From Candidatus Cloacimonadales bacterium (GTDB lineage Bacteria; Cloacimonadota; Cloacimonadia; Cloacimonadales; JAIOQZ01), in contig OY762463.1 in assembly GCA_963665815.1 (NCBI GenBank), positions 2,720,001-2,784,000 on the forward strand: a stretch of 64,000 nucleotides of DNA. The letters run 5' to 3'. The position numbers and the translations under genes are program-made. Shown here in pieces: positions 39,188 to 49,931 of the stretch; position 1 is the stretch's first letter, and each line of letters begins with the position of its first letter. Under the pieces are notes generated by a model. That model was given only the letters and a program-made list of their open reading frames with translations. It was not told where the DNA came from and ran no database searches.

Positions 39188-40156
39188 ATGAAAATAATAG
39201 TAATCGGTTCTGGTAACTGGGGGACTACACTCGCGATGTGTTTCTGTAAAAAGCATCCGGTACATCTGTGGACACTGACCGAAGATGAAGCCGCTGAGAT
39301 GAACGAGAAACGTGAGAATACTGCCCATCTTCCGGGTATAAAACTGCCGGAAGAATTGACAATTGAAAAAAAATATTCTTCTTCGATAGATAAAGACGAT
39401 ATAATTCTGACAGTAGTACCTTCCCGTGTACTTGCAAATGTATTCAAAGAGCTTTATGATAATGGAGTCAGAACAAATATAATCGTGAATGCCTCAAAAG
39501 GTGTAAAACACAGTACAATTAAAACTGCTCATCAGATTGCCAGAGAAATACTGCCAGATGCAGGATTTGCTGCGATAAGCGGTCCGAATATTGCTGTTGA
39601 GATTGCTCATGGACTACCTGCCAAAACTGTACTGGCCTGTTATGATGTGGGTGTTCTTGTGGCTCTTCAGGAAGCCTTGACAAATGATCTGTTATACTTT
39701 GAGTTCAGTCGAGATATATCAGGCATTGAGCTTTGTGCCGCACTTAAAGGTCTGATTGCAATAGCTGTCGGCTTTGCAGATGGTCTTGGTTACAAAACAA
39801 ATATATTCGGGTTGATAATCACCAAAGGTCTGCAGGAATTTAAAACTGTTGTGGAATTTCTCGGTGTTTCAATTGAGACTGTATACGGAATTGCCGGAGT
39901 TGGTGATCTTGTTACAACCTGTTTGTCAGAAGACAGTAGAAACAGGAGATTCGGCAAGTATCTGGCTCAGGGTTACTCAACAGATGATGCATTAAAGAAA
40001 GTAGGAATGGAAGTAGAAGGTGTATCAATGGCAAAAACTGTAAGGAAATTTGCACAATTCAATCTGAATATTCCACTTATTTCCATGGTTGCTAAGATTA
40101 TATTCGAGGGATCAGACGACGTTGAAGAGGATTTCAAAAATACATTACTCATATAG
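39188..40156 (+). CDS. gpsA: NAD(P)H-dependent glycerol-3-phosphate dehydrogenase
   Basis: GSGNWGT, SKG, SGPNIAVE, GDLVTTC..SRNRRFG, VEGV. Confidence 0.93.
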   Translation: MKIIVIGSGNWGTTLAMCFCKKHPVHLWTLTEDEAAEMNEKRENTAHLPGIKLPEELTIEKKYSSSIDKDDIILTVVPSRVLANVFKELYDNGVRTNIIVNASKGVKHSTIKTAHQIAREILPDAGFAAISGPNIAVEIAHGLPAKTVLACYDVGVLVALQEALTNDLLYFEFSRDISGIELCAALKGLIAIAVGFADGLGYKTNIFGLIITKGLQEFKTVVEFLGVSIETVYGIAGVGDLVTTCLSEDSRNRRFGKYLAQGYSTDDALKKVGMEVEGVSMAKTVRKFAQFNLNIPLISMVAKIIFEGSDDVEEDFKNTLLI

Positions 40157-40168
40157 AGAGGATTACTG

Positions 40169-41695
40169 ATGCAATACATGATGCCTGTTATTGGAGCACT
40201 TATAGGTCTGATTACTAATCATATAGCAATTGTTATGCTGTTCAGACCGTATAAACCTGTAAAAATAGGTGGTGTAAAAATATTCGGTGAAGGTGTAATT
40301 CCTAAGAACAAAGCAAAATTAGCACGTAAGATAGGTGAAACCGTACAGAATGATCTACTTCAGCCTGAAGACTTTGTCAGAAGAATCAACAGTAAGGAAG
40401 TGGAGTCTTTTATCGAAGAAAGCTCTGCAAAAATCATTGATGATATTATGAACAGGGAAATTCCTTCTTTGAATGATTTCATTCCGGACTGCAGCAATGA
40501 ATTACAGGTTATCAGCAATCTCATCTGCAATAAGATATGTCGTTTTCTTGAGACTGACAAAGGCAGGGAAATGCTTTCTGAACTGACTGATCTAATTCTA
40601 CAGAAAATTGGAGAGAAATCATTTTCGGAACTTGTATCAGATAAAATCGAAGCTCAGGTTACATCGAGAATTATTAATTTCGTTATTCTCAATTCAGATA
40701 AAAGCCGAATTGAACAGTTTATTAAGGGTTCTCTACAGTCAAAACTGGATGAGCTTTTTACATCCGAGAAATCAATATCAGATTTAAGTGGGGAAAAATG
40801 GAAGTCTGTAACTGACTCTACGATTGAATCCATAAGTGTAATTCTGGCAGAGAGAGTTCCGGATTTTCTGGAGAACGAAGAACTGAGCAATGCAATCAAG
40901 GAGATTCTTACAGACAGAATCAAAGATTCCATAAAGAGCAATCCTCAGCTCTCCCTGTTCAGTAGTTTTATATCTGATCAAATGCTGAATGATATTTTAG
41001 GTCCGACCTTTGAACAGATAATGCCGGAATTGAGACAGTATCTGCAAAGTGAAAGTGTTCAGGAAATCATCTCCAATGGTATCAGAAAGGAGTTCTCCAC
41101 ATTAATCGCAACACCTGTGAATAACTTGGTGAGTACATTCGCACAAGAGCCGGAAGCACTGAAAGAAGCTCTTTTATCCACTATTAGCGATAAAATACTT
41201 TATCTTATTGCAGACAAAGAAGTTATATCAAGCTTGAACAATTGGTTGCATACTCTTTTTTCTATGAAAATCAATGATTTAGCAAGTGTGGATAACTTTG
41301 TGGATATCTCAGGGATGATTGTGGAAAACTTGCAAAAATCTCTCACGGGAGAAGAAGGAAAGACTCGACTGAATAAGGCAATTTCCGGCTTATTAACATA
41401 CTTGTCCACACAACCACTCGGCAGGCTGAGCAGTTATGTTTCGGGTGGAATTCTGGAAGTTATCCACAGAACTGTACACAAGTTTATCATGGATATTTTG
41501 AACAGGGAATTTCCTGTTATTCTCAAGCAAATTAATCTTAAAAAGATCGTTGAAGAAAAAATATTAGAATTCCCCTTGATTAAATTAGAGCAGATTATTA
41601 GAAATGTCGCATCGAAAGAACTTAAATATATAACTGTATTTGGTGGAATTCTGGGATTTGCCATCGGATTCATTCAAATGCTTCTTACATTGTAA
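40169..41695 (+). CDS. DUF445 family membrane-anchored protein
   Basis: GLITNHIAIVMLFRP...GVIPK; ELKYITVFGGILGFAIG. Confidence 0.9.
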   Translation: MQYMMPVIGALIGLITNHIAIVMLFRPYKPVKIGGVKIFGEGVIPKNKAKLARKIGETVQNDLLQPEDFVRRINSKEVESFIEESSAKIIDDIMNREIPSLNDFIPDCSNELQVISNLICNKICRFLETDKGREMLSELTDLILQKIGEKSFSELVSDKIEAQVTSRIINFVILNSDKSRIEQFIKGSLQSKLDELFTSEKSISDLSGEKWKSVTDSTIESISVILAERVPDFLENEELSNAIKEILTDRIKDSIKSNPQLSLFSSFISDQMLNDILGPTFEQIMPELRQYLQSESVQEIISNGIRKEFSTLIATPVNNLVSTFAQEPEALKEALLSTISDKILYLIADKEVISSLNNWLHTLFSMKINDLASVDNFVDISGMIVENLQKSLTGEEGKTRLNKAISGLLTYLSTQPLGRLSSYVSGGILEVIHRTVHKFIMDILNREFPVILKQINLKKIVEEKILEFPLIKLEQIIRNVASKELKYITVFGGILGFAIGFIQMLLTL

Positions 41696-41727
41696 TTAAT
41701 GAATAATAAATATACCCCGGAGGAACG

Positions 41728-42048
41728 ATGTCTGAAAATGGATTTAATATTAATTTTGACAGTTTACTAAAACAGGGACTGGCTGTTATTGATGCCAGAT
41801 ACAGAAAATATGAAGTAACTAATAATAAGTACAAGCTTGTTATAACACAAATTGAAGGTGACAGAGATTCTTTCTATCCAGATATGATGAAAGAATACTT
41901 CGGAACTGATTTCGAAACTAAAGGACGTAATCTTTTTGATTTATGGACTCGCATTCTGATCCACAAACTTAAAATGAGTGATCTGCTTAACAGAGACATA
42001 TCCATCAAAGTAGCAGCTCTGGACTTCTTTGAGACTCAGGAGATCTGA
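41728..42048 (+). CDS. DUF4032-like protein
   Basis: LWTRILIHK..MS....RDI..KVAALDF. Confidence 0.6.
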   Translation: MSENGFNINFDSLLKQGLAVIDARYRKYEVTNNKYKLVITQIEGDRDSFYPDMMKEYFGTDFETKGRNLFDLWTRILIHKLKMSDLLNRDISIKVAALDFFETQEI

Positions 42049-42467
42049 TGAATCATACTCTTATGCTTATCAAACCCAATGCAACTGAGAAACACAAGAT
42101 CGGTGAAATTTTAAAGATTGTTGAAGATGACGGATTCATTATTGAAAGAATGAGAATGATTAGAATGACAAAGGAATTCGCAGAAACATTTTATTCTGTT
42201 CACAGAGGAAAACCATTTTTCGAAAGACTGATAAAATTTATGACTTCCGGTAAAACAGTGGCAGTTGTACTTGGTAGAGAAAACGCAGTTACAGAGTTGA
42301 GAAGAATAGTTGGAGCAACAGATCCGGCAAAAGCAGAAACCGGCACAATCAGAGCATTGTATGGAGAAACTGTTACTTTTAATGCTGTCCATGCTTCAGA
42401 TTCCATTGAGCACGGTATGGACGAAATCCAGATTTTGTTCCCGGGCTATCCGGCACTATCTATTTAG
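42048..42467 (+). CDS. ndk: Nucleoside diphosphate kinase
   Basis: TLMLIKPNA, HRGKPFF, GATDP, NAVHASDS. Confidence 0.96.
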   Translation: MNHTLMLIKPNATEKHKIGEILKIVEDDGFIIERMRMIRMTKEFAETFYSVHRGKPFFERLIKFMTSGKTVAVVLGRENAVTELRRIVGATDPAKAETGTIRALYGETVTFNAVHASDSIEHGMDEIQILFPGYPALSI

Positions 42468-42493
42468 AACTTTCAGTACAGATATATTATAAT

Positions 42494-42524
42494 AGATCAC
42501 TCATCAGCGAGTGGTCTTTTTTTT
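42494..42524 (+). terminator. Intrinsic terminator of the gpsA-ndk operon
   Basis: AGATCACTC...GAGTGGTCT plus T run. Confidence 0.75.
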
Positions 42525-42612
42525 GTCCGAAAGCATGGAACTAAAACTGAATGTTTATGCTATCAGCAATCTTGTGTGGATATTTTACTCCATTTCAGCT
42601 CAATTCCTCATT

Positions 42613-42629
42613 TTGGAATGATTTCTGCA
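42613..42629 (+). promoter_or_regulatory. Possible sigma-54 promoter
   Basis: TTGGAATGATTTCTGCA: GG-N10-GC spacing. Confidence 0.4.
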
Positions 42630-43029
42630 AGATAGATTAACTGAAGGACAGACAGCTGTTAAGTAATTAGATCTTTATTCAATATATTAAGATGACAAAA
42701 GAGTGAATTGATGAGACTCCAGTGTTTATCCGTAAAGCTATAACGTACCGGAAACAGTAGATCAAATACAAGCAATTAATGATTTCCTGTACATTTATTC
42801 ACTTTACATTAACATATTTTCAGGGATATCTGATGTACAAATTTTGTTTCTTTATATACTAAAAGATTTATTAATATTACAGTTGTGAGAATTTTCTTGA
42901 CAGAAATTCCTTTTCATCTATGTTAATATAGTAATATCAAAGATTGAGATATCTCATGGATGAATATCAGGGCAATACGATTTCAGTCATGAAAATTCAT
43001 TAATCTATAAATTAAAAAAAGGAGAGAGT

Positions 43030-45603
43030 ATGAAAAGATTATTATTAATACTCATGATTGCTGTTGCAGCAGTCTCTATTTTTGCAACAATCGATGCTCC
43101 GTCTACAGTTACTTATGCTGTACAGAACGAGAATATCGGTTTATATTGGGATAACCCGGAAGCTGCCGGTACAATAAGCTGGGATAACGGTGAAATGGGA
43201 CCTGGCGGTATCGGATTCGGCACTGCTGAGTTCGACGTTGATACTGCTATCATGTTTGAACCTGCTGATCTCGTTGGATACAATAACTATGTATTTGATT
43301 ATTTAGCATTTTATCATCAGGATGCAGGCTGTACTTATACTTTAACAGTATATCAAGGTGGAGACTCAAATGCACCGGATTCAACTAACATGTTGTCTAC
43401 TCAGACAATTGCTCCGGGATCTCTTACTCTTAATGCAGTGAACTACATTCAGCTTGCTAATGCAGTTACTATCAATGCAAGTCAGCATTTATGGATCGTT
43501 CTTGCTTATGATTGTACTACTACCGGTTCATATCCTGCAAAGATGGACACATCTGATCTTGCAGGAACATACGATGGAAAAGGTAACCTTATTAACAGTG
43601 GTGGATGGGTTGGACTTTATACTGCAACTGTCAATTCAGCTCAAATTACAGGTAACTGGTTCATGAGAGCTTATATTACAGCTCCTGCTACAAGAGAAAG
43701 TATTCCTCTTACACATTATGTACCAGCTGATCATTCTCCAGTAGTTAACAATGCTTCTCCTGTTGTAGATGCATCTCTTATCGAACGTGGATACTTCAGA
43801 GATTCACATAGTGAAGTATTTGTTGAAGAAAACTCAAGAGCGGAAGTTATTGCCGGTTACAAAATCTACAAAGATGGTAATCTTATAGAAACACTTAACT
43901 GGAATAGTGATGAGCAACAACATTACTTCTTCACAACTGAAGATGTAGGACAATACACATTTAACGTAACTACTCTTTCAGAAGACCTTGCTTCAGGCAG
44001 TGTTACAGAATCTTCATATTCAAGTGATGTTAACGTTACTGTAGCAACTGTTTCAGTTGATGGACCTCCTCGTGGTATTTCTTTCACAGTTGATAATGGT
44101 AATGAACCTACAATCAACTGGGTATATCCTGGTGAAGCACTTGGTGATACAAGACTTGCTCTTCCTGGTGACATGGAAAGACATCCACAAGGTATGAGCA
44201 GAGGTTATGGTTCTTTTGCAGTTTACGAATTTGGTATCAGATTCACAGCTCAAGAATTACAAGACTACGCAGGACAATCAATTACTAACATCAGAACAGT
44301 AATCCCTGATACACTTTGTACATACACTCTTAAAATCTATGAAGGTGGAAGTGTAGTTTGGGATAATGTTGATTCATCTTACGTTTACACAGAAGGTTCA
44401 CTTGTTCATGAGCAACCTGTTGTAAATCCTGTATTATACAGAGTAAACATTATTGACCTTGATACTCCTGTACAAATTCAGGCTAACAATGAATACTGGA
44501 TTGCATTCAAAGTAATTCAACATGCTAACAATATATTCCCAATGCCACAAGCTGGTAATGATGGTGAAATTAATAACAGACAAGGTAATTTAATTAAATT
44601 CACATCTTGGAGTTCAATGTACACTGAAGGTGAAGATATGTCAGATGAAACTGACCACTATATTCAAATGTATGTTTCAGACCTTACAACAAGATCTAAC
44701 AATGTAACAGTTCTTTCTTCTGAAACTTATCCTGAATGTGATGGACCTCTCGTTGCTGCTGCAACTAAACAAGCTCCTGTTGCTACACTTAATGATGTTA
44801 GAACAAACGATAGAGCTGACTTAGCAGGTTGGGAAGTTAACTGGAACCTTAACACTCCAGATGCAGAATCTTACACAGTAGACTTACAGTATACCGGTCT
44901 TATTCTTGGTGGATATGATGAAGGTGATTACGATTACAGTGTTTCTGCTGTATATGATGATCAAAATGTTGTAACTTCAGATGAAGCAGTATGTTCAATA
45001 GTGCTTCCTAATCCAGACAGTCTTAAAGCTGAAAAAGTTAATCCTAACTCAGATTATTGGAGATTAACATGGCTTCCACCAAACCTTGATGCTTATTCAC
45101 GTGGATTCCAGAAATATAATGTATACTCTGGTGCAGACGAAGATAACTGTGACACATTTGTTGCAGAAGCTGATGCTGAATTCCTTATTACTGCTACATT
45201 CGACAGTACTCTTACATATAAAGTAGTTGCTGTATACGGTGGCGGTGATAATGAAACATTTGAATCATCAGGTACTTTCTGGTCACTACCGATACAAGGT
45301 ACTTATGACAACGATATTGACTTCAATGCAACAAGAATCATTGGTGCTTATCCTAATCCATTCAACCCAAAAACAACTATCAAATATAACATTGCAAAAG
45401 ATTCAAACGTTGAGTTAGTAATTTACAACATTAAAGGACAAAAAGTTCGTACACTCGTAAATGAAAGAAAAACTCAAGGTGAACATTCAATCGTTTGGAA
45501 TGGTCAAGATGACAACGGACATAATTCTGCTACAGGTGTATACTTCTACAGACTTAAATCCGGAACTCATACTTCTACACAAAAACTCATGATGATTAAA
45601 TAA
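43030..45603 (+). CDS. Large secreted surface protein with duplicated beta-sandwich/FN3-like domains and FlgD-Ig/T9SS-type CTD
   Basis: Signal peptide; two homologous (M/R)F...(D/E)L..Y...CTYTL..Y.GG...GNLI blocks; YPNPFNPKTT...KLMMIK. Confidence 0.75.
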   Translation: MKRLLLILMIAVAAVSIFATIDAPSTVTYAVQNENIGLYWDNPEAAGTISWDNGEMGPGGIGFGTAEFDVDTAIMFEPADLVGYNNYVFDYLAFYHQDAGCTYTLTVYQGGDSNAPDSTNMLSTQTIAPGSLTLNAVNYIQLANAVTINASQHLWIVLAYDCTTTGSYPAKMDTSDLAGTYDGKGNLINSGGWVGLYTATVNSAQITGNWFMRAYITAPATRESIPLTHYVPADHSPVVNNASPVVDASLIERGYFRDSHSEVFVEENSRAEVIAGYKIYKDGNLIETLNWNSDEQQHYFFTTEDVGQYTFNVTTLSEDLASGSVTESSYSSDVNVTVATVSVDGPPRGISFTVDNGNEPTINWVYPGEALGDTRLALPGDMERHPQGMSRGYGSFAVYEFGIRFTAQELQDYAGQSITNIRTVIPDTLCTYTLKIYEGGSVVWDNVDSSYVYTEGSLVHEQPVVNPVLYRVNIIDLDTPVQIQANNEYWIAFKVIQHANNIFPMPQAGNDGEINNRQGNLIKFTSWSSMYTEGEDMSDETDHYIQMYVSDLTTRSNNVTVLSSETYPECDGPLVAAATKQAPVATLNDVRTNDRADLAGWEVNWNLNTPDAESYTVDLQYTGLILGGYDEGDYDYSVSAVYDDQNVVTSDEAVCSIVLPNPDSLKAEKVNPNSDYWRLTWLPPNLDAYSRGFQKYNVYSGADEDNCDTFVAEADAEFLITATFDSTLTYKVVAVYGGGDNETFESSGTFWSLPIQGTYDNDIDFNATRIIGAYPNPFNPKTTIKYNIAKDSNVELVIYNIKGQKVRTLVNERKTQGEHSIVWNGQDDNGHNSATGVYFYRLKSGTHTSTQKLMMIK

Positions 45604-45617
45604 TCATCAGATTATAC

Positions 45618-45649
45618 AAAAGGCTGTACTTTGTGCAGCCTTTTTTTTT
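45618..45649 (+). terminator. Intrinsic terminator
   Basis: AAAAGGCTGTAC-TTT-GTGCAGCCTTTT plus T run. Confidence 0.8.
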
Positions 45650-45726
45650 GTCTAAATACATATTTACTTCATTGAAATCTCGAAATTTTAAAGTTTATTT
45701 GACTGTAATGCAATAATATTTTTGGA

Positions 45727-45918
45727 AGTGATGTTTCAACATCACAGTTTGTACAGCTAAAGCAGTACTTCCTCTCTGTGGAAACCGCGTAGAGAAACGC
45801 AGAAGGTAGTCTTACTCAAATAGCCATTGTGCATGGCTGAAAGCCCCTGCAATGGTTGTCTTGCAGAAAACATTCTCTATATAAACAGCTTTTGAGACAC
45901 AAAATGTTGAGTCTCTAC
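45727..45918. repeat. Cluster of short palindromic REP-like elements
   Basis: GTGATGTTTCAACATCAC (compare GCGATGTGAAACATCGC at 23971); CCATTG...GGCTGAAAGCC...CAATGG; GAGACAC...GTCTCTAC. Confidence 0.6.
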
Positions 45919-45960
45919 GAAACTTGAAATATAAAGGATTTATCCGTTGCAGTTGTAATG

Positions 45961-45989
45961 AAAAAAGACTGTCAAAAAATGACAGCCTT
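45961..45989 (-). terminator. Intrinsic terminator of the PHP-GT gene
   Basis: AAGGCTGTCA...TGACAGTCTT-TTTT on the - strand. Confidence 0.7.
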
Positions 45990-46013
45990 CTTTGTACTAT
46001 TAATGAGTCTACA

Positions 46014-48362
46014 CTATCTAAACATTATATCTATGAATGATTCCCAGTTAGCAAAATCTCTGACATGAGTCACTGCCGCATCACTCATTTTACGGAGTTC
46101 ATCGCTTGGAGATTTGAGTATCATTTCTTCCATTTTATTTTTCCACTTTTCTGCTTCATTTTCTTTGATTATGTATCCTGTTTCATTATTAACAATAACT
46201 TCCTTAGGACCACCAACATTACTTACGAGAGCAGGTAATCCGCATGCTTGTGCTTCGAGAAGAGACATCCCGAATGTATCTGTCTCACTTGGGAACAGGA
46301 ATAAATCTGATCCGGAATAATAGTCTATCAGATATTCTCTCTCAATTCTTCCTGTATAAATTATATTCTTATTCGAGTATTGATTTTTATACTCTTCCTT
46401 ATCAGGACCATCACCTACTATAAACAGATAAATATCCTTATATTTTCGTGTAAGTTCTGTAAAAGCTGAAAGAATTACATCAAGAGATTTATCTTTGGAA
46501 ACTCTTCCGGTGTAAATAAAATAGAATCCTGATTTTACATTATATTTGTTCTGCAGGAAGAGGTCAGAGTGTTTTCTTGGATGGAAAGTATTGAAATCAA
46601 GTCCCCTTGGGAATAAATCCATTTTTGATCTATCTAGACCGCAGTTCTCCAGAACATCCATATAGGCTGTCGAAGGAACTCTGATATAATCAAGATTTCT
46701 ATAGAACCATAAGCAGTAGTTTTCTATCAAAGTAGCCAGATTTTCATCCGGATACATTGCATAAGCCTGATTCCTGAAGTCAGTATGATAAACTCCTGTA
46801 ACAGGTATATTGAAAAGTTTACCAGCCAGCAACCCGATAAGCCCTACAGGTCCCGGAGTAGAGACAATAATATTATCAGGTTTAAATTCATATATCTTCT
46901 TTATTGCTTTCAGTGATGAAGGAATGTTAATAGAAATAGTTGAGTAATAGGGAAGACTGAATTTATGTATTGTATCAAGTTGCATAAGGTAATCTGTTTC
47001 TCCGACAGACGGTTCGGAATGAACAACTTTTGCATTAATTTCATGTTCTTTAATTTTTTCCAGTACTTTCAGCACAGTTACTGCAACTCCATTCAGGTCT
47101 GTAATTGTATCTGTAAACCATAGCGTTCTTTTCTGTTTCTTCTTCTTATCAATACTGAACCTGCTTTGAGCTTCCTTGATAATGTTTCTATTCTTGAACA
47201 TAACATGAATACTGCTGAAAAAAGGCAACGACAGAAAAATACCCGGGAAAATGGAAGATATATTCTTTATCAGCTTCAGAATGTTACCATTCATTAGATC
47301 CTTTTCTAATGACTGAAACACGGCTTTAAAGAATGAATCAGCAATATCAGCTATTCTGTTAAAAGTAATCTGTAGTCTTATATCTGTAGTCTGTGTTCTA
47401 TCTTTCTGGAGCTCTGCAACCAGATCCGTGACTCTCTGTTTGAACTCTTCATCGGCATTCTTATTAGAATCGTTTTTGAGCTTCTGAAGTTTTAATCTGT
47501 TGGTAAAACTCATTTTCTTTTTATCAAATATGAAGTCTGTCAACTGAGCCAACATTGATTTAGATATAACCTTACTCTTTGTTTTGTAATGATCTATACC
47601 TATTTTGTAAATTGCAAAAACAAGAGAGTAAAAATCGTTATGACGCCCATTTCCGGTTGTTTTCCCAGCTTTTATCTGTTCTAATACCTCATCTGTTGTT
47701 TTAGCCTCGCAATATGTCCAGGTCTGACCGAGAAATAAACCGGCGTGATCATCTGACCCTCCTGTGTGACCTTTAATCCATGGAGTAGCTCCAAAAGGCT
47801 CAATACAATGCTTTTTTCTGAGTTCTTTGATTTTAGTTTTGTTTAGACTCGAGATAATTTCAAGCCAGGAATCATTATTGAAATCGTTCCTGCCACCATT
47901 GATGACTTCAAACACATCGAACAATAGTATCAGTTTTTCCAAGTGGTCAGTAGTTAATTTCCCATTAACAGAATACGTTGCATGAGCAACCGAATATGCC
48001 AGATTATGTTCTTTGATGTAGTCTCTCAGGTGGTATATGTTAGTTCTTTTCTTCTGAATTTCACAAAACTGCTCTTCATTAATACCATATATCAGAACAT
48101 GAATTTTACAGCTGTCTTCCGGAAAATATGCTGTGGCTTCAACTCCGACAATAACTTCGTCCGGATACTTTGATTTAAGAATTAAAGCTCCATCAATTTT
48201 GTTATGATCTGTTATGGTAACAAAGTCCATACCGCGACTTTTCTGTTCCCTGTAAATATATTCGGGATCAGTATAAGATTCTCCTGCACCAAGTCTCTGC
48301 AGGAACCATTCTGAAGGGTGTTCAGAATATTTAGAATGAACATGCAAATCAATCTTCGCCAT
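46014..48362 (-). CDS. PHP-domain / GT4 glycosyltransferase fusion
   Basis: DLHVHS, TDHN, AHA, GGSDDH; C-terminal GRVSKDK, DTFGMSLLEAQACGLP. Confidence 0.9.
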   Translation of the reverse strand: MAKIDLHVHSKYSEHPSEWFLQRLGAGESYTDPEYIYREQKSRGMDFVTITDHNKIDGALILKSKYPDEVIVGVEATAYFPEDSCKIHVLIYGINEEQFCEIQKKRTNIYHLRDYIKEHNLAYSVAHATYSVNGKLTTDHLEKLILLFDVFEVINGGRNDFNNDSWLEIISSLNKTKIKELRKKHCIEPFGATPWIKGHTGGSDDHAGLFLGQTWTYCEAKTTDEVLEQIKAGKTTGNGRHNDFYSLVFAIYKIGIDHYKTKSKVISKSMLAQLTDFIFDKKKMSFTNRLKLQKLKNDSNKNADEEFKQRVTDLVAELQKDRTQTTDIRLQITFNRIADIADSFFKAVFQSLEKDLMNGNILKLIKNISSIFPGIFLSLPFFSSIHVMFKNRNIIKEAQSRFSIDKKKKQKRTLWFTDTITDLNGVAVTVLKVLEKIKEHEINAKVVHSEPSVGETDYLMQLDTIHKFSLPYYSTISINIPSSLKAIKKIYEFKPDNIIVSTPGPVGLIGLLAGKLFNIPVTGVYHTDFRNQAYAMYPDENLATLIENYCLWFYRNLDYIRVPSTAYMDVLENCGLDRSKMDLFPRGLDFNTFHPRKHSDLFLQNKYNVKSGFYFIYTGRVSKDKSLDVILSAFTELTRKYKDIYLFIVGDGPDKEEYKNQYSNKNIIYTGRIEREYLIDYYSGSDLFLFPSETDTFGMSLLEAQACGLPALVSNVGGPKEVIVNNETGYIIKENEAEKWKNKMEEMILKSPSDELRKMSDAAVTHVRDFANWESFIDIMFR

Positions 48363-48617
48363 TCTACCTCCTCAATTAATACATAAAATTAGTATTCGGG
48401 ATTTTCTGTTTATTATAAGCTAATTGTTTAGAAATGGTTAAAACACGCCGGGCAATCAACATAAATTACATAGATGCAACTCATAATATTTCATATGTTT
48501 CCATTGAAATATACAGATAACATATACATTAATCCTGATATATATTTTCTCTGCAGAAATTTTAAAAGTTGACATCTACTCATTTTTCAACCTCTTTTGG
48601 CTATCAAAGGAGGAAGT

Positions 48618-49931
48618 ATGAAAACACTAGTGACATTACTATTGATTACCTGTATGTTTTCAGCACTATTCGGAAGTATTGGTATACCCAATGACAAACT
48701 GCATATAATCAAGAATTACAGGCTGAAGAACTGGGATAGTTCTAAGACTGATCTCAATCTGACAGCAAGAGGAGATATTGACAATAGTGTTGTTGAATCA
48801 AAAAGTCTGTATTTGGGGCTGACGCCAATTTATGAGAGAACTATGGAAACAGAGACTATGCAGACTAACATATTCAATACAGCCAATGGAATTCTTGATA
48901 TATCTAATAGAGAAACCAGTTCAACAGAAATAGACAAGAGGGATATTTATCTGGATGACGGATTTCTCAGCACTTCAAAAATGTATTTTTCAGGTGAATC
49001 ATATTATACTGTGCAATTGAACTTGGATATAAATTATTATAACAAGCACACTGATGATGGAATATCTCTTGTTAAGGACAAAAATATGTTAGTGGAAGGG
49101 CAGGTATTTCTGGGAGTCGGAACCGGTAGAATTTACAAAGTTTCTTCTGTGATCAGAGCATTGAGAATTAATGAGAGAATGAAAAAAATTGGCAAAGGAA
49201 GCTTATCGGATGATGAGATAGACAAAATAGCATACTTGATATCTAAAGAAGACGATTATTCTTCATTTTATTCCAGACCTGACAAATACCTCTGGGGTGA
49301 CATTGCAAAAAGCTCAGGAGGAAAACTTGATCAGCTTAGTGTTTATGTTTATGAATATCTGAAAGAAGCAATGTTTGAGAATATTGGCTACAGAGCTCAG
49401 GGACATACTCTGGAAATTGGACTAATGTTGTATGACAGTCATCAAAAAAGAGAATATGATTCAGTTGAGACTGAAGGTGACATGTTCATGCTTGGTCCAC
49501 AGCTAAGATTCAGTTATTACAATAACATAACAACCTCATTTCAAGTAAGTGTTGATTATGATGCAGCAGTTACTTTTATTCTTGAACCCGATTTGATAAT
49601 GGATAAAAGCTTTAATAATAATCTCAGTTTTATGACTCTATATAATATAACGGACAGGCTGTTGCTGGCAAACGAACTTCAATATACATACAGTTTACAG
49701 AATGATGATTTCTTTGCAGATGACAGAGTGACAATATCTGAATTTTCAATTGGTTCCTATCTGAACTATATGATTCTTGATAAGGTAGATTTGTATTTTG
49801 ACTTTAATCTGTCAAACATGGATACTGATAACTTCAATCCTGATTATGTCCAGAACCTTTATAAATTTGAAACAAGTGTTTCAACCGGCATCAAAATTTA
49901 TTTGTTCGATAGAATTTACAGGGGGAGATAA
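48618..49931 (+). CDS. Putative outer-membrane beta-barrel protein (paralog 1)
   Basis: Signal peptide; alternating beta-strand pattern; C-terminal GIKIYLF; homologous to next gene. Confidence 0.6.
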   Translation: MKTLVTLLLITCMFSALFGSIGIPNDKLHIIKNYRLKNWDSSKTDLNLTARGDIDNSVVESKSLYLGLTPIYERTMETETMQTNIFNTANGILDISNRETSSTEIDKRDIYLDDGFLSTSKMYFSGESYYTVQLNLDINYYNKHTDDGISLVKDKNMLVEGQVFLGVGTGRIYKVSSVIRALRINERMKKIGKGSLSDDEIDKIAYLISKEDDYSSFYSRPDKYLWGDIAKSSGGKLDQLSVYVYEYLKEAMFENIGYRAQGHTLEIGLMLYDSHQKREYDSVETEGDMFMLGPQLRFSYYNNITTSFQVSVDYDAAVTFILEPDLIMDKSFNNNLSFMTLYNITDRLLLANELQYTYSLQNDDFFADDRVTISEFSIGSYLNYMILDKVDLYFDFNLSNMDTDNFNPDYVQNLYKFETSVSTGIKIYLFDRIYRGR

